Position numbers and translations under genes: made by a program. From Archaeoglobaceae archaeon (GTDB taxonomy: Archaea; Halobacteriota; Archaeoglobi; Archaeoglobales; Archaeoglobaceae): a stretch of 54,658 nucleotides of DNA. Positions 19,023 to 28,498 of the stretch are shown in pieces; positions within the stretch are counted from its first letter, which is position 1; each line of letters opens with the position of its first letter. The notes beneath the pieces were generated by a model. It saw nothing but the letters and a program-made list of their open reading frames with translations, was not told where the DNA came from and searched no databases. Location: the NCBI GenBank assembly GCA_038893835.1, contig JAWAQR010000007.1:1-54658 (forward strand). The letters run 5' to 3'.

Positions 19023-19849
19023 TCCTTCCCAAACCATATAACCCTTTGTGGAAACGGTATCTCGATTCCATTCTTTTCGAGCTCAACTTTTATCTTCCAA
19101 AGCAAATCCATCTTAACTTCAAACCATACGATTGAGGGGGCCCAAATTCTGGCTGTAATTATAACACCGCTATCACCAAGGTCGTCAACAAAAACTGCTG
19201 GTTCCGGAATCTTAAGTGCAAATGGATGACTATCGATCACCGCTTTTATTATCTCAACAGCCCTTTTTGCATCATCCCTATAACTTACGCTGATCTTGTA
19301 TTCAAATCTTCTAGCTACGTTGGCAACGGGATTTATTATGTTTGAAGAGAAAAGACGTTCGTTTGGAATTCTGACGTAAAGACCATCATAAGTTCTAAGA
19401 ATCGTCGAAAGTATGCTCATATCCTCAACAAACCCAGCTATGTTGTCCACAACTATCTGATCTCCTATTTTTATTGGTCTCTCTATCAGGAGAAAAATTC
19501 CTGAAAGAAAGTTTGAAACAACTCTTTGACTCGCAAAACCTATCGCAATGCCTATTATTCCACCTGCAACCAACAGACCAGTCAGATTCACGCCCAATAT
19601 CGGTGTTACAGCTATTACCGCTATTGCCAGAACTACGCTATATACGATTTTTACGAGCAACTGGAGCTGATCTTTCCGCATTTTATCTGCCAAAGATCTC
19701 CTCAGACTTATTGTGATGAACTTTGCAACAATAGAAGCGATTATCAAAACAAAAGTTGCAAAGATAACGTCTCTGACTTTCACGTCTCCATAAAGGGTTA
19801 TCTCCATTGTTTTCATTACGATATCAAATAGCTCAATCATATTCCCCAC
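19019..19849 (-). CDS. mscS: Small-conductance mechanosensitive channel
   Basis: GIAIGFASQ..VSNFLSG, ERPIKIGD, IPN, GIEIPFPQ. Confidence 0.93.
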   Translation of the reverse strand: MGNMIELFDIVMKTMEITLYGDVKVRDVIFATFVLIIASIVAKFITISLRRSLADKMRKDQLQLLVKIVYSVVLAIAVIAVTPILGVNLTGLLVAGGIIGIAIGFASQRVVSNFLSGIFLLIERPIKIGDQIVVDNIAGFVEDMSILSTILRTYDGLYVRIPNERLFSSNIINPVANVARRFEYKISVSYRDDAKRAVEIIKAVIDSHPFALKIPEPAVFVDDLGDSGVIITARIWAPSIVWFEVKMDLLWKIKVELEKNGIEIPFPQRVIWFGKD

Positions 19850-20541
19850 TCCATCGTCATCTTCGTGCTCAATATTGGAATTTTCCTTGCCACAAATAGC
19901 TCCAAAGCCTTTTTCATGTCATCGAGCAGTGGTTTATCTAAGAAGTTTGTTTCAGCAACCCTTTTCGAATAAACTCTCATCTCAGCAACTGAAGAAACTA
20001 TGTCACGATTGTAGTAAATCTTCATTCCATAAACGTCAAAAACAGCTTTGTTGACTTCACACCATGAGTTGCTGATGTTGACTATGCGCAACTTCATTAT
20101 TCCAAATTCTAACGGATCTATTTTTGGCAAATAGCTCAAAACATCAGACTTCCAGTATCTGGCTATTATTCCTCCCCTTGGTTCCCCGTAAAGCGCATAT
20201 TTTGGCTTTACAAAGCTAAAGATGTCTATGTCCTCAAAGTTTTCATCTTTTGCAACGAATACACCTATCTCTATCGGAAAGGTCAAAAAAATAGTAACGC
20301 TAGAAGCAGGCTCCACTATCACGGGTTTTCCAAAATGAATGAAGAGATAATTCGTCAAATTTCTTGGTAAATTTACAGGTTCAACAGGATTTAAAATGAC
20401 TTTAGAATCACTCGACAACACCTTCTCTATTTCCCTATCTCCAAGAACCCTTTTGTATCTATAAAATCCATTTTTTTCACACCAAATCTTCAGATCGCGA
20501 ACAGAAATGTTCAGCTCACTCAGTCTGTATTCTCCATACAT
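19837..20541 (-). CDS. DUF432-family protein
   Basis: NPVEPVNLP, FPIEIGV, KYALYG.P..G.IARY; typical partner of archaeal MscS. Confidence 0.75.
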   Translation of the reverse strand: MYGEYRLSELNISVRDLKIWCEKNGFYRYKRVLGDREIEKVLSSDSKVILNPVEPVNLPRNLTNYLFIHFGKPVIVEPASSVTIFLTFPIEIGVFVAKDENFEDIDIFSFVKPKYALYGEPRGGIIARYWKSDVLSYLPKIDPLEFGIMKLRIVNISNSWCEVNKAVFDVYGMKIYYNRDIVSSVAEMRVYSKRVAETNFLDKPLLDDMKKALELFVARKIPILSTKMTMEWGI

Positions 20542-20594
20542 ATTAAAAGGTTTGTCAGTTATTGATGTATCTTTCGAAAACGATTTAAACAGTC

Positions 20595-21155
20595 ATGGCG
20601 AAAAATGTTATGATGGATCCAAAGCTGTTAGAGGAAATTTTTAAAACTGCAAAAACCTTTAACGAATTCTTATTGACTCTGATGAATCCAAGAACTTATC
20701 TAAGAGATGTAGAGGAAAAAGAAATTGAGGAATTTTATCGCAATACTGCAAAGATTTTTTTTGAATTGAACAACGCTTACTGGAGTCTTTTGTTCGAAAT
20801 CTATCAAGCCTTGCTGAAAAGGGATTCGGAAGAATTGATAATGGTCATAAGCAGAGCGATGGACAGATTTGAAAACATCTACGCTGAATACATGAACAAC
20901 GCAGTTGTTTCCGCAATTGTAAATGCGATCAACAAGGCGTATTTGCGAGGCTTACAAAACATTCAGAACTTCATGAGCACAATACTGCATTCAATGGGCA
21001 TGGTTTCAAGGAAGGATATAATAGCGTTATCCGAAGCCTATGTGGATTTAAAGGGAGATATAAAAAAGGAGGCAAGAAAGATAAGAGAAGAGATAAAAAT
21101 TCTGAGAGAAGAAATAGAAAAAATAAAGACAGGAGGTGGTCAAAGTGCTGCATGA
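20595..21155 (+). CDS. phaE: PhaE/PhaR-like PHA synthase accessory subunit
   Basis: All-helical protein of about 180 aa with MGMVSRKDI (PhaE-box-like) followed by a coiled coil; overlaps phaC. TATA position (GAAAACGATTTAAA) suggests a leaderless start at 20610/20613. Confidence 0.65.
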   Translation: MAKNVMMDPKLLEEIFKTAKTFNEFLLTLMNPRTYLRDVEEKEIEEFYRNTAKIFFELNNAYWSLLFEIYQALLKRDSEELIMVISRAMDRFENIYAEYMNNAVVSAIVNAINKAYLRGLQNIQNFMSTILHSMGMVSRKDIIALSEAYVDLKGDIKKEARKIREEIKILREEIEKIKTGGGQSAA

Positions 21156-22248
21156 GACTTTTCGAAATTGTAGAAGGTTCCTAAAGCTCTACGAGTGGTT
21201 CTTGAAAAACAACCAGTTTTTGCCAATTACTGAAGATAAGCCCTACCTGATTCCGGATGTAAAGATAGGAGTTACACCAAGAATTGAAATCTCATCCGAT
21301 GATGGTGTCAAGCTTTTCCGCTATGAGCCCAGAACTGAAAAGCAGTATGAGACCCCTCTGTTAATAGTTTACGCTCTTATAAACAAACCATACATTTTGG
21401 ATCTCACACCTGAAAGGAGTGTTGTAAGAAAACTGCTAGATGCAGGTTTTAACGTTTATCTCCTAAGATGGGGAGATGCGACGATTGCGGACCAGTTTTC
21501 ACTCGACAGCTATATAGACATATTCCTCTATGACTTTGTGGAGGATGTTAAGAGGGATTCTGGATCTGAAAAAGTTTCAATACTAGGCTATTGTATGGGC
21601 GGAGGGTTGAGTGCGATTTACACAGCTATATATCCAGAGAATGTCAAAAACATTCTGTTCCTGGCTTCAACCTTGTACTTTGACAAAACGATTGGAGGGC
21701 TTGTCAATCTATCTGACAAGCGCTTTTTTGATCCTGAAGAAGTCGTAGCCCCATTTGGATACGTTCCATCCTGGTTCCTAACGGAGCGATTTAAAATCCT
21801 GGAACCATGGGGGAACTATGTTGGAAAATACATAAATCTATTCATGAATGCAGAGGACGAGAAATTTGTGGACGATTTCTTCAAAATGGAGAGGTGGATC
21901 CACGACGGAGTAAACGTGGCCCCAGGAGCATATGTGAGATATATCAAGGAACTGTACCAAAACAACGCGTTGGCTGAAGGGAGACTCTATATAAAGGGTA
22001 AAAGAGTCGATCCAAAGCGAATAACAATGCCAGCAGCAGCGATAGTTGGGCTTAGAGATCATTTAGCTCCTCCTGAATGTACTTTGAAGTTCCTGGATTG
22101 CATCGGAAGCAAAGATAAGGCAGTTTTCAAAGCAGATGTTGGTCATGTGGGACTGGTTGTTTCTAGAAGAGGGATGGCTCTTTGGGATGAAGTAATCAAG
22201 TGGCTTGCCCAGAGAAGTGGGGAGCTTAAGAAGACAAAAGAAGTCTGA
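21136..22248 (+). CDS. phaC: Class III-type poly(R)-hydroxyalkanoate synthase catalytic subunit
   Basis: TP...KLFRY, PLLIVYALINKPYILDL...RSVVRKLL..G..VY..WG, PhaC box GYCMGG, MERW..D, LYQNN.L, RDHLAPP, GHVG. Confidence 0.92.
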   Translation: MVKVLHETFRNCRRFLKLYEWFLKNNQFLPITEDKPYLIPDVKIGVTPRIEISSDDGVKLFRYEPRTEKQYETPLLIVYALINKPYILDLTPERSVVRKLLDAGFNVYLLRWGDATIADQFSLDSYIDIFLYDFVEDVKRDSGSEKVSILGYCMGGGLSAIYTAIYPENVKNILFLASTLYFDKTIGGLVNLSDKRFFDPEEVVAPFGYVPSWFLTERFKILEPWGNYVGKYINLFMNAEDEKFVDDFFKMERWIHDGVNVAPGAYVRYIKELYQNNALAEGRLYIKGKRVDPKRITMPAAAIVGLRDHLAPPECTLKFLDCIGSKDKAVFKADVGHVGLVVSRRGMALWDEVIKWLAQRSGELKKTKEV

Positions 22249-22916
22249 TGTTTGAACCAAAGGCAATTGCGATAGATATAGATGGAACAATAACTGATAA
22301 GAGGAGAGCGATAAACTGCAGGGCAGTGGAGGCGTTGAGGAGGTTGAAGATACCAGTGATACTTGCCACTGGTAATGTTCCATGCTTCGCTAGGGCAGTA
22401 GCGAAAATGATAGGTGTTTCCGACATAGTGATCTGTGAAAACGGTGGAGTAGTTAGATTTAGCTACGATGGAGAAGACATTGTGCTAGGAAACAAGGAGA
22501 AGTGCATAAGAGCTCTTGAAGAGTTAAAGAAACATTTTAAAATTGAATTGCTGGACTTTGAATACAGAAAATCCGAAGTTTGTATGCGCAGAACCTTTGA
22601 CATCACAAAGGCTAGGGAAATCTTGAGGGATTTCGATGTAAAAATTCTGGATTCCGGTTTTGCGTATCACATATCGGACAAAAACGTGAGCAAGGGGAAG
22701 GCTTTGGAATTCATCGCAAAACACATTGGAATAGAAGCCAAGGATTTTGCCGTAATTGGTGACTCTGAAAATGATTTAGAGATGTTTGAAGTCGCTGGAT
22801 TCAGGATAGCGGTTGCGAACGCTGATTATAGACTAAAAGAGCTCGCAGACTTGGTTACCCCATCGAGCGATGGTGATGGAGTCGTGGAGGCTCTGGAGTT
22901 TCTTGGTCTGCTTTGA
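22248..22916 (+). CDS. Phosphoglycolate phosphatase-like HAD (Cof subfamily) hydrolase
   Basis: DIDGTITD, ATGN, ENGG, SKGKAL, GDSEND. Confidence 0.9.
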   Translation: MFEPKAIAIDIDGTITDKRRAINCRAVEALRRLKIPVILATGNVPCFARAVAKMIGVSDIVICENGGVVRFSYDGEDIVLGNKEKCIRALEELKKHFKIELLDFEYRKSEVCMRRTFDITKAREILRDFDVKILDSGFAYHISDKNVSKGKALEFIAKHIGIEAKDFAVIGDSENDLEMFEVAGFRIAVANADYRLKELADLVTPSSDGDGVVEALEFLGLL

Positions 22917-23358
22917 ACAATTTGGCGGTCAACAAATTAAGTTCAGATCTTTTTCCCGTTAAGATTTCCAAAGCCTCTTTTATTTCCCTCTCAACGATTG
23001 GAGAAGGTCTTTTATCTCTCTTTAAAACGACATTTTTGCAGAAGGTGTCCACATAGACAAAGTATTCCTCACCTTCGAACTCAAAGCTTGCAGAGTTTTC
23101 TCCTTTCTTTAAAATTGAGAAGGGATAAAGTTTGCAGGCAATTGGTTTTGAGTTTCCAAGAGAGCACAAATTACCAATTTGGAATGGACATTTTTTATTT
23201 ATCTTTTTTATAAAGAATCTTCCAGCCTTTTCTTCCACAAAACCCGTTCCTTTCAGCTTTAAAAATTCATAGGCCCTCAACCTTACTCTGTACTTGTTGC
23301 AGCAAATTCCGCAAGCATCGCAATGCCATGAAGCGACAAATCTCCATGGCACATGCAT
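22855..23358 (-). CDS. YkgJ-family CxxCxxCC metal/Fe-S protein
   Basis: CDACGICC, CPF....C, KP..CKLYPF. Confidence 0.85.
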   Translation of the reverse strand: MHVPWRFVASWHCDACGICCNKYRVRLRAYEFLKLKGTGFVEEKAGRFFIKKINKKCPFQIGNLCSLGNSKPIACKLYPFSILKKGENSASFEFEGEEYFVYVDTFCKNVVLKRDKRPSPIVEREIKEALEILTGKRSELNLLTAKLFKADQETPEPPRLHHHRSMG

Positions 23359-23436
23359 ATAGCGAGTTCGCAACTCTTTAAATCTTTTTTTCCAAATGGC
23401 GATAGTGTTAAATTTCTTTACGAGAGCGAGCTTTGA

Positions 23437-24114
23437 ATGAGGATACCGCTGTTCATCGAATTTTCAGGAAAAAAAGTCGCAATAGTAGGGGGAGGAAACG
23501 TTGGTACGGTTAGAGCCAAAAAGTTCATTGAAGTAGGTGCAGATGTAACAGTTTTCAGCATAGAGTTTTCTGAGGAGCTAAAAAAACTTGAAAGTGATGG
23601 AAAAGTTAAATTGGTTGAAAAAAAGATTGAAGAAATTGAAGATGAGCTCTCCAATTTTGACTTGGTTGTAATTGCGATCGGTGATAAAAGTTATAATAAG
23701 AAATTCAAAGAACTTGCAAAGAAGCACAAATTCCTGCTTAACCTAGCAAATGATGCGAATGAAACAGAAGTAGTTGTTCCATTTGAAGGGGGAAAGGATG
23801 GAATAAGATTTGCGGTCACTACTGAAGGAAAAAGCGGAGTTGTTGCGAGGATGGTTAGAGATAGATTTCAGAAGTTACTGGAAAGTGATAGAACTATCTT
23901 TACATATCTTTTCGCAATGGAGCATTTGAAAATGTACATGAAATCGAATAACGTGCCAATAAATGTCAGAATGCGGGTTTATTCAATTGCAGGATCTAAT
24001 AAGGATCTTTTAAAGCTATCAGAAGAAGGAAAGGTAGAGGAGGCAAAAAAACTGGTTGAAAAAATCGCAGATGAAGAGTTGAAAAAAGGTGAAATCGATG
24101 AATTTAGATTTTGA
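23437..24114 (+). CDS. sirC: Precorrin-2 dehydrogenase/sirohydrochlorin ferrochelatase (CysG N-terminal type)
   Basis: PLFI...KKVAIVGGGNVG, N.AND, AVTTEGKS. Confidence 0.88.
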   Translation: MRIPLFIEFSGKKVAIVGGGNVGTVRAKKFIEVGADVTVFSIEFSEELKKLESDGKVKLVEKKIEEIEDELSNFDLVVIAIGDKSYNKKFKELAKKHKFLLNLANDANETEVVVPFEGGKDGIRFAVTTEGKSGVVARMVRDRFQKLLESDRTIFTYLFAMEHLKMYMKSNNVPINVRMRVYSIAGSNKDLLKLSEEGKVEEAKKLVEKIADEELKKGEIDEFRF

Positions 24115-25012
24115 ACTTCTAATGGCTTTGCAGTATAAATTAACAATTTCAACAACCCCTCTTCAAGATCTAGCTGAACTTCTTGGGAGAAATTATGAGG
24201 AGGTTGAAAAGAGGTTGAAAGAATATAAAGAGCTCGGAATTTTGAAGAGGTATGGAGCAAATATGAACTACAGAGCTTTTCCAAGTCATAGACAATCTTC
24301 CCTTATAGGATTCAAGATCGATGAAAAAAAGGCTTCAAGGATAAACGAGCTGGGGGAAAGAGTTAAGCACAACTTTCTAAGAGATGCCGAATACAACGTC
24401 TGGTTCACGTTGAAAGGAAAGAACGTTGAGGAGATAAGGGAAATTGTATCAAAACTCGCTTTAGAGCTTGGAGTTGATGATTACGTCATTTTACCAACGA
24501 AAAAAGTTTACAAAATGGATGTGAAGTACGATCTCTACAGAGGTATCTCCTGGAGCTATGGTGTGGAGCCGGAAAGAGTCGTGAGCATAACAGAGCTTGG
24601 GTTGGATGAAAGCATAAAAAGGCTAGAAAACTTACCCATATCTCGCAGACCCTTTTTGGAGATTGGAATGGATGAAGAATATGCTGTGGATTTAATTGAG
24701 GAGCTAAAGAAGAAGGGAGTCGTTAGAGACTTCAGCGGAGTTTTGAGCGAGCGCGGAATTGGTTTCAAATTCAATGGTATGAACGTAGTTAAAACTTCTA
24801 AAGTCAGCAAAATTGCTAGAAAACTTTTAGAATTCCCAGAAATAACTCATTTAATTGAAAGGGAAGTTAGTGAGAAGTGGAATTACCCAATTTACTTCAT
24901 GGTCCATGCGGTTGATAGAGAGAAAATAGAGGGGGTTGCAAAAAGGGTTTTGGAAATTGGAGAAGTTGAAGATTTAAGAATTATCTACAGCAAAGCCAAT
25001 TTGAAGTTATGA
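24089..25012 (+). CDS. Fused siroheme decarboxylase AhbA/AhbB (NirDL-like)
   Basis: Two Lrp/AsnC-like halves, HNFLR...YNVWFT and HLIER...W.YPIYFMVH; follows sirC. Confidence 0.78.
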   Translation: MKSMNLDFELLMALQYKLTISTTPLQDLAELLGRNYEEVEKRLKEYKELGILKRYGANMNYRAFPSHRQSSLIGFKIDEKKASRINELGERVKHNFLRDAEYNVWFTLKGKNVEEIREIVSKLALELGVDDYVILPTKKVYKMDVKYDLYRGISWSYGVEPERVVSITELGLDESIKRLENLPISRRPFLEIGMDEEYAVDLIEELKKKGVVRDFSGVLSERGIGFKFNGMNVVKTSKVSKIARKLLEFPEITHLIEREVSEKWNYPIYFMVHAVDREKIEGVAKRVLEIGEVEDLRIIYSKANLKL

Positions 25013-25959
25013 ATTGCTCCTATTGCAATAGGGAGGCAGTTTACTTTCAAAGATACTCGGGGAAGCATTTCTGCAAGAAACATTTCATGAACTTCTTCGA
25101 GAAGAAGGTTAGGGGGGTGATCAAGAAATATCGAATGATCGAAAGTGGAGATAGAATAGCGATCGCCTTAAGCGGGGGAAAGGATAGCGTAACTTTAACG
25201 AATTTTTTGCTCGAATTCTATGGTGAAAGGAGAGACCTCGAATTTTTTGCGATCACGGTAGATGAAGGGATTGCAAATTACAGAGAAAAGACTGTTGAAG
25301 TTGCAAGCAAGGTTGCAAGGGATCTCGGAATTGAGCACTACATAGTGAGCTTTAAGGAGAACTTTGGAGCTACGCTTGATGAGATGGTAAAAGTTGGAAA
25401 AAAGCTACCATGTTCCTACTGCGGTGTGATGAGGAAATATCTTCTCAACAGAACTGCCAGAGATCTCTCTGCAACAAAACTCGCAACAGCGCACAACATA
25501 GATGATGAAGCACAGACGATACTGATGAACTTCATAAACGCAGATATCGATAGATTGGCAAGATTAATTCCACAGAGAGAGCAAGAAGGACTTGTTATGA
25601 GAATAAAGCCTTTTAGAGAAGTTTATGAAAAAGAAGTTGTCATCTACGGTTTTTTGAAGGGGTATACTTTGATCTTTGACGAGTGCCCATACAGCGAGTT
25701 ACCGATAAGAGCTCCGATAAGGGATTTCATATACGAGTTTGAGAAAAACCATCCTGGAAGAAAGATATCCATTCTTAGAAGCCTTGAAAAGCTGTCTGAA
25801 TGTTTAAAGATAACGAATCCCCAGATAGAGTTGAGGAGATGTGAGATATGTGGGGAGCCAACTTCCCAGAATGTATGTCAAACCTGTAAGCTCATCTCGG
25901 AGTTAAAGGAAAAAATGTCGATAAGATACTGCACATCTCTAACTTATAGTAAAGCATAA
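25009..25959 (+). CDS. tRNA 2-thiolation protein TtuA/NcsA family
   Basis: N-terminal CxxC...CxxH, PP-loop SGGKDS, CSYC, HNIDD, ECPY, C-terminal CxxC...CxxC. Confidence 0.9.
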   Translation: MNCSYCNREAVYFQRYSGKHFCKKHFMNFFEKKVRGVIKKYRMIESGDRIAIALSGGKDSVTLTNFLLEFYGERRDLEFFAITVDEGIANYREKTVEVASKVARDLGIEHYIVSFKENFGATLDEMVKVGKKLPCSYCGVMRKYLLNRTARDLSATKLATAHNIDDEAQTILMNFINADIDRLARLIPQREQEGLVMRIKPFREVYEKEVVIYGFLKGYTLIFDECPYSELPIRAPIRDFIYEFEKNHPGRKISILRSLEKLSECLKITNPQIELRRCEICGEPTSQNVCQTCKLISELKEKMSIRYCTSLTYSKA

Positions 25960-25987
25960 CATTAATCAATTGAAAAGAACTTTTATC

Positions 25988-26779
25988 ATGCGCAAACCAG
26001 CGGTTGCCGGAACTTTTTATCCTTCAAGAAAAGAAGAGTTGGAAAGGATGCTGAGGAAGTTTACAAACCCAAGGAAAGATCCGAGAGTTATTGCCTGCAT
26101 TTCGCCACATGCAGGTTATATTTACTCTGGCAAAACGGCTGGAATTGTTCATTCAATGCTTCCAGATGCCGAAACCTTTGTGATCGTATGCCCAAATCAC
26201 ACGGGTTATGGTTTGCCAGTAGCTGTTTCGAAGGAGACTTGGTTAACTCCACTGGGTAAAGTTGAAAGTGACCTCGAGTTCATCAAGGCTTTGCCAAAGA
26301 AGATAATCGCAGAAGACGAGGATGCGCACATCGATGAGCATAGCGGAGAGGTTCAGATACCTTTCCTCCAGTTTCTTCATTCAAACTTTAAAATAGTTGT
26401 GATATGTCTTCGTTTGCAGGATGAAGATACTGCCAAAGATGTTTCGGATGAAATAATTGAAGCAGAGAAAAAAACTGGAAGGAAAATAGTAGTTGTAGCC
26501 TCTTCAGACATGCATCATTACCTTCCAGATCAGGAATGCAGAAAGAGGGATAAGTTGATCATAGATGCGATCCTTTCAATGGATGTTGCAAGGTATTATC
26601 GAAAGATTTACGAAATGGATGCAAGCGTTTGTGGCTATGGAGCGATTGCTGTTGCCATGAATTATGCGAGTAAAAAGAATGCTTCTGCCGAGCTTGTTGA
26701 CTACTCAACCAGCGGAGATGTTGCGGATAAGAGCTACGTAGTCGGCTATGCAGGAATCGTTTTCAGGACTAAGGATTAA
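25988..26779 (+). CDS. MEMO1/AmmeMemoRadiSam protein B
   Basis: RKPAVAGTFYP, PHAGYIYSG, PNHTG, EHSGEVQIPFLQ, SSDMHHY, CGYG, VVGYAG. Confidence 0.92.
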   Translation: MRKPAVAGTFYPSRKEELERMLRKFTNPRKDPRVIACISPHAGYIYSGKTAGIVHSMLPDAETFVIVCPNHTGYGLPVAVSKETWLTPLGKVESDLEFIKALPKKIIAEDEDAHIDEHSGEVQIPFLQFLHSNFKIVVICLRLQDEDTAKDVSDEIIEAEKKTGRKIVVVASSDMHHYLPDQECRKRDKLIIDAILSMDVARYYRKIYEMDASVCGYGAIAVAMNYASKKNASAELVDYSTSGDVADKSYVVGYAGIVFRTKD

Positions 26780-27479
26780 AAGAGGAGAAGTTGGAGAAGG
26801 AGAAGCTTTTGAATTCGCCTCAATTGCATTCAGAAATCTCCCCTTTATCGATGAATTCTACTTTTTTAATTCGATCGACTCAACAAATGAAAGGGCAAAG
26901 TTTGGGAAACCTTTTTCAATTTACTTTGCCAAAGAGCAAACAAAAGGGAAGGGGAGACTTGGAAGGGAATGGATAAGCAGAAAAGGAGGATTATACTTTT
27001 CCATTACAATTCCAAAGTACAGCGTTACAAAATTAACGTTGATCTCAGCCTTATCTGTTGCTGAGGGAATTGAAGGGGCGAGAATAAAATGGCCAAACGA
27101 TGTAACGATTTTTGGCAAAAAGTTCTGTGGAATCTTGGGAGAAATTGTAGATGAAAAGGCAATAATCGGGATTGGGATAAATGTTGAGAACGATGTAGAA
27201 CTGCCAAATGCATGCAATCTGAAGTCTCTTAATCTTGGAAGAGAGGAAGTTTTTGACAGAGTTACTAGAAACTTTGGCAGAAACTACTCGGATCTTCTTG
27301 CCGGAAAATGGAATGAACTTTTTTTGAGATACAGAAAGCTTTGCGAAACGATTGGAAAGAGAGTAAGGGTTATCACTACAACAGGTATAATAGAAGGAAT
27401 TGCGGAGCTCGATGAAGATGGGGCGCTAGTTGTTGAGGGGAAGAAGATTTACTCGGGAGATTGCATACACGTGAGATAA
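26748..27479 (+). CDS. birA: Biotin--protein ligase (no HTH)
   Basis: DSTN, QTKGKGRLGREW, KWPND, KFCGIL, GIGINV. Confidence 0.92.
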   Translation: MQESFSGLRIKRGEVGEGEAFEFASIAFRNLPFIDEFYFFNSIDSTNERAKFGKPFSIYFAKEQTKGKGRLGREWISRKGGLYFSITIPKYSVTKLTLISALSVAEGIEGARIKWPNDVTIFGKKFCGILGEIVDEKAIIGIGINVENDVELPNACNLKSLNLGREEVFDRVTRNFGRNYSDLLAGKWNELFLRYRKLCETIGKRVRVITTTGIIEGIAELDEDGALVVEGKKIYSGDCIHVR

Positions 27480-28498
27480 TGCTATCAATGGAATGGTTCT
27501 GCCGAAAAATGAAGTTGATCAAAAAATTTGCAAGAGAAGTTGAGGTTGAAGAAGTGGCGATTTGCATTCCACTCGAATTCAAGACAGCTTGCATGATCTA
27601 TGAGTTGTCAAAGTATACAAACGTTTTTCCAACAAAACTGGACGATTTTTCAACGAAAAAGGAGGCGGTTGAATGGCTAAAGGAAAAGGGGATAAAGATT
27701 TTTAGGAAAAGAGAAGCCATAAAGGCAAAGTATTTTCTCGACTGTTCAGCCGTTCTTTCTAGAATAGCGAAAAAAGCTGGAAAGGAGATAAATGTTGTTG
27801 AACTTACAAAGACGGGAGAAGAGTACTTGAAGAGAATGGAAAAGATAAAAGCCATTTCCATCGATTCTTCGAGGTTAAAGGAGATAGAGAGCATTTATGC
27901 TACTCCTTTTGGTTTGATGGAAGCCCTACTAAAGCTGAACATATATCTACCAGGTAAAAGGGTTAGAATTCTCGGCTTTGGAAAAGTTGGTCAGGGTTGC
28001 GCACATTTGCTCAGCAGGATTGGATGCAAAGTTTCCGTATGGGATAAAGATGAGGAAAAGAGATTAAAAGCATATTTTGCTGGATTTGAAGTTAAGAAAG
28101 ATGGTTATGCTGATCTTGTAATCCTCTGCACAGATTCTAAAGTTGAATTTGAGCTTATTCCCGATGGTTCCATAGTCGTCAACATGGGCGCCGAGAAGTT
28201 TGATGCTGTGGGTAAGCTTGTTGATGACTTTGGAATTTTGAAGAGTTACGAGAAGGATGGAAAATTCTACTATCTAATGGCAGATGGCTATGCTGTCAAC
28301 CTAGCCGTTGCAAGCGGGACGCCGATAGAGGTGATGGATTTAACTTTTTCCGCTGGTATTTTGGCATTAAATCATCTTAAAAAGGATTTCTCTGGACTGA
28401 TACCATTGCCAAAAGAAATAGAGGAGAAAATAATCAGCTCAATTTCTCCAGAAATTCTCGGATTATCTGATTCAACTCATCAGGAGCTTCAAGCATGA
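27479..28498 (+). CDS. Divergent S-adenosylhomocysteine hydrolase-like protein
   Basis: EW...M, LEFKTA, ELTKTG, Rossmann GFGKVG, DGYAVNL...GTPIEVMDLTFS; catalytic histidines substituted; start overlaps the birA stop (TAATG). Confidence 0.75.
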   Translation: MLSMEWFCRKMKLIKKFAREVEVEEVAICIPLEFKTACMIYELSKYTNVFPTKLDDFSTKKEAVEWLKEKGIKIFRKREAIKAKYFLDCSAVLSRIAKKAGKEINVVELTKTGEEYLKRMEKIKAISIDSSRLKEIESIYATPFGLMEALLKLNIYLPGKRVRILGFGKVGQGCAHLLSRIGCKVSVWDKDEEKRLKAYFAGFEVKKDGYADLVILCTDSKVEFELIPDGSIVVNMGAEKFDAVGKLVDDFGILKSYEKDGKFYYLMADGYAVNLAVASGTPIEVMDLTFSAGILALNHLKKDFSGLIPLPKEIEEKIISSISPEILGLSDSTHQELQA

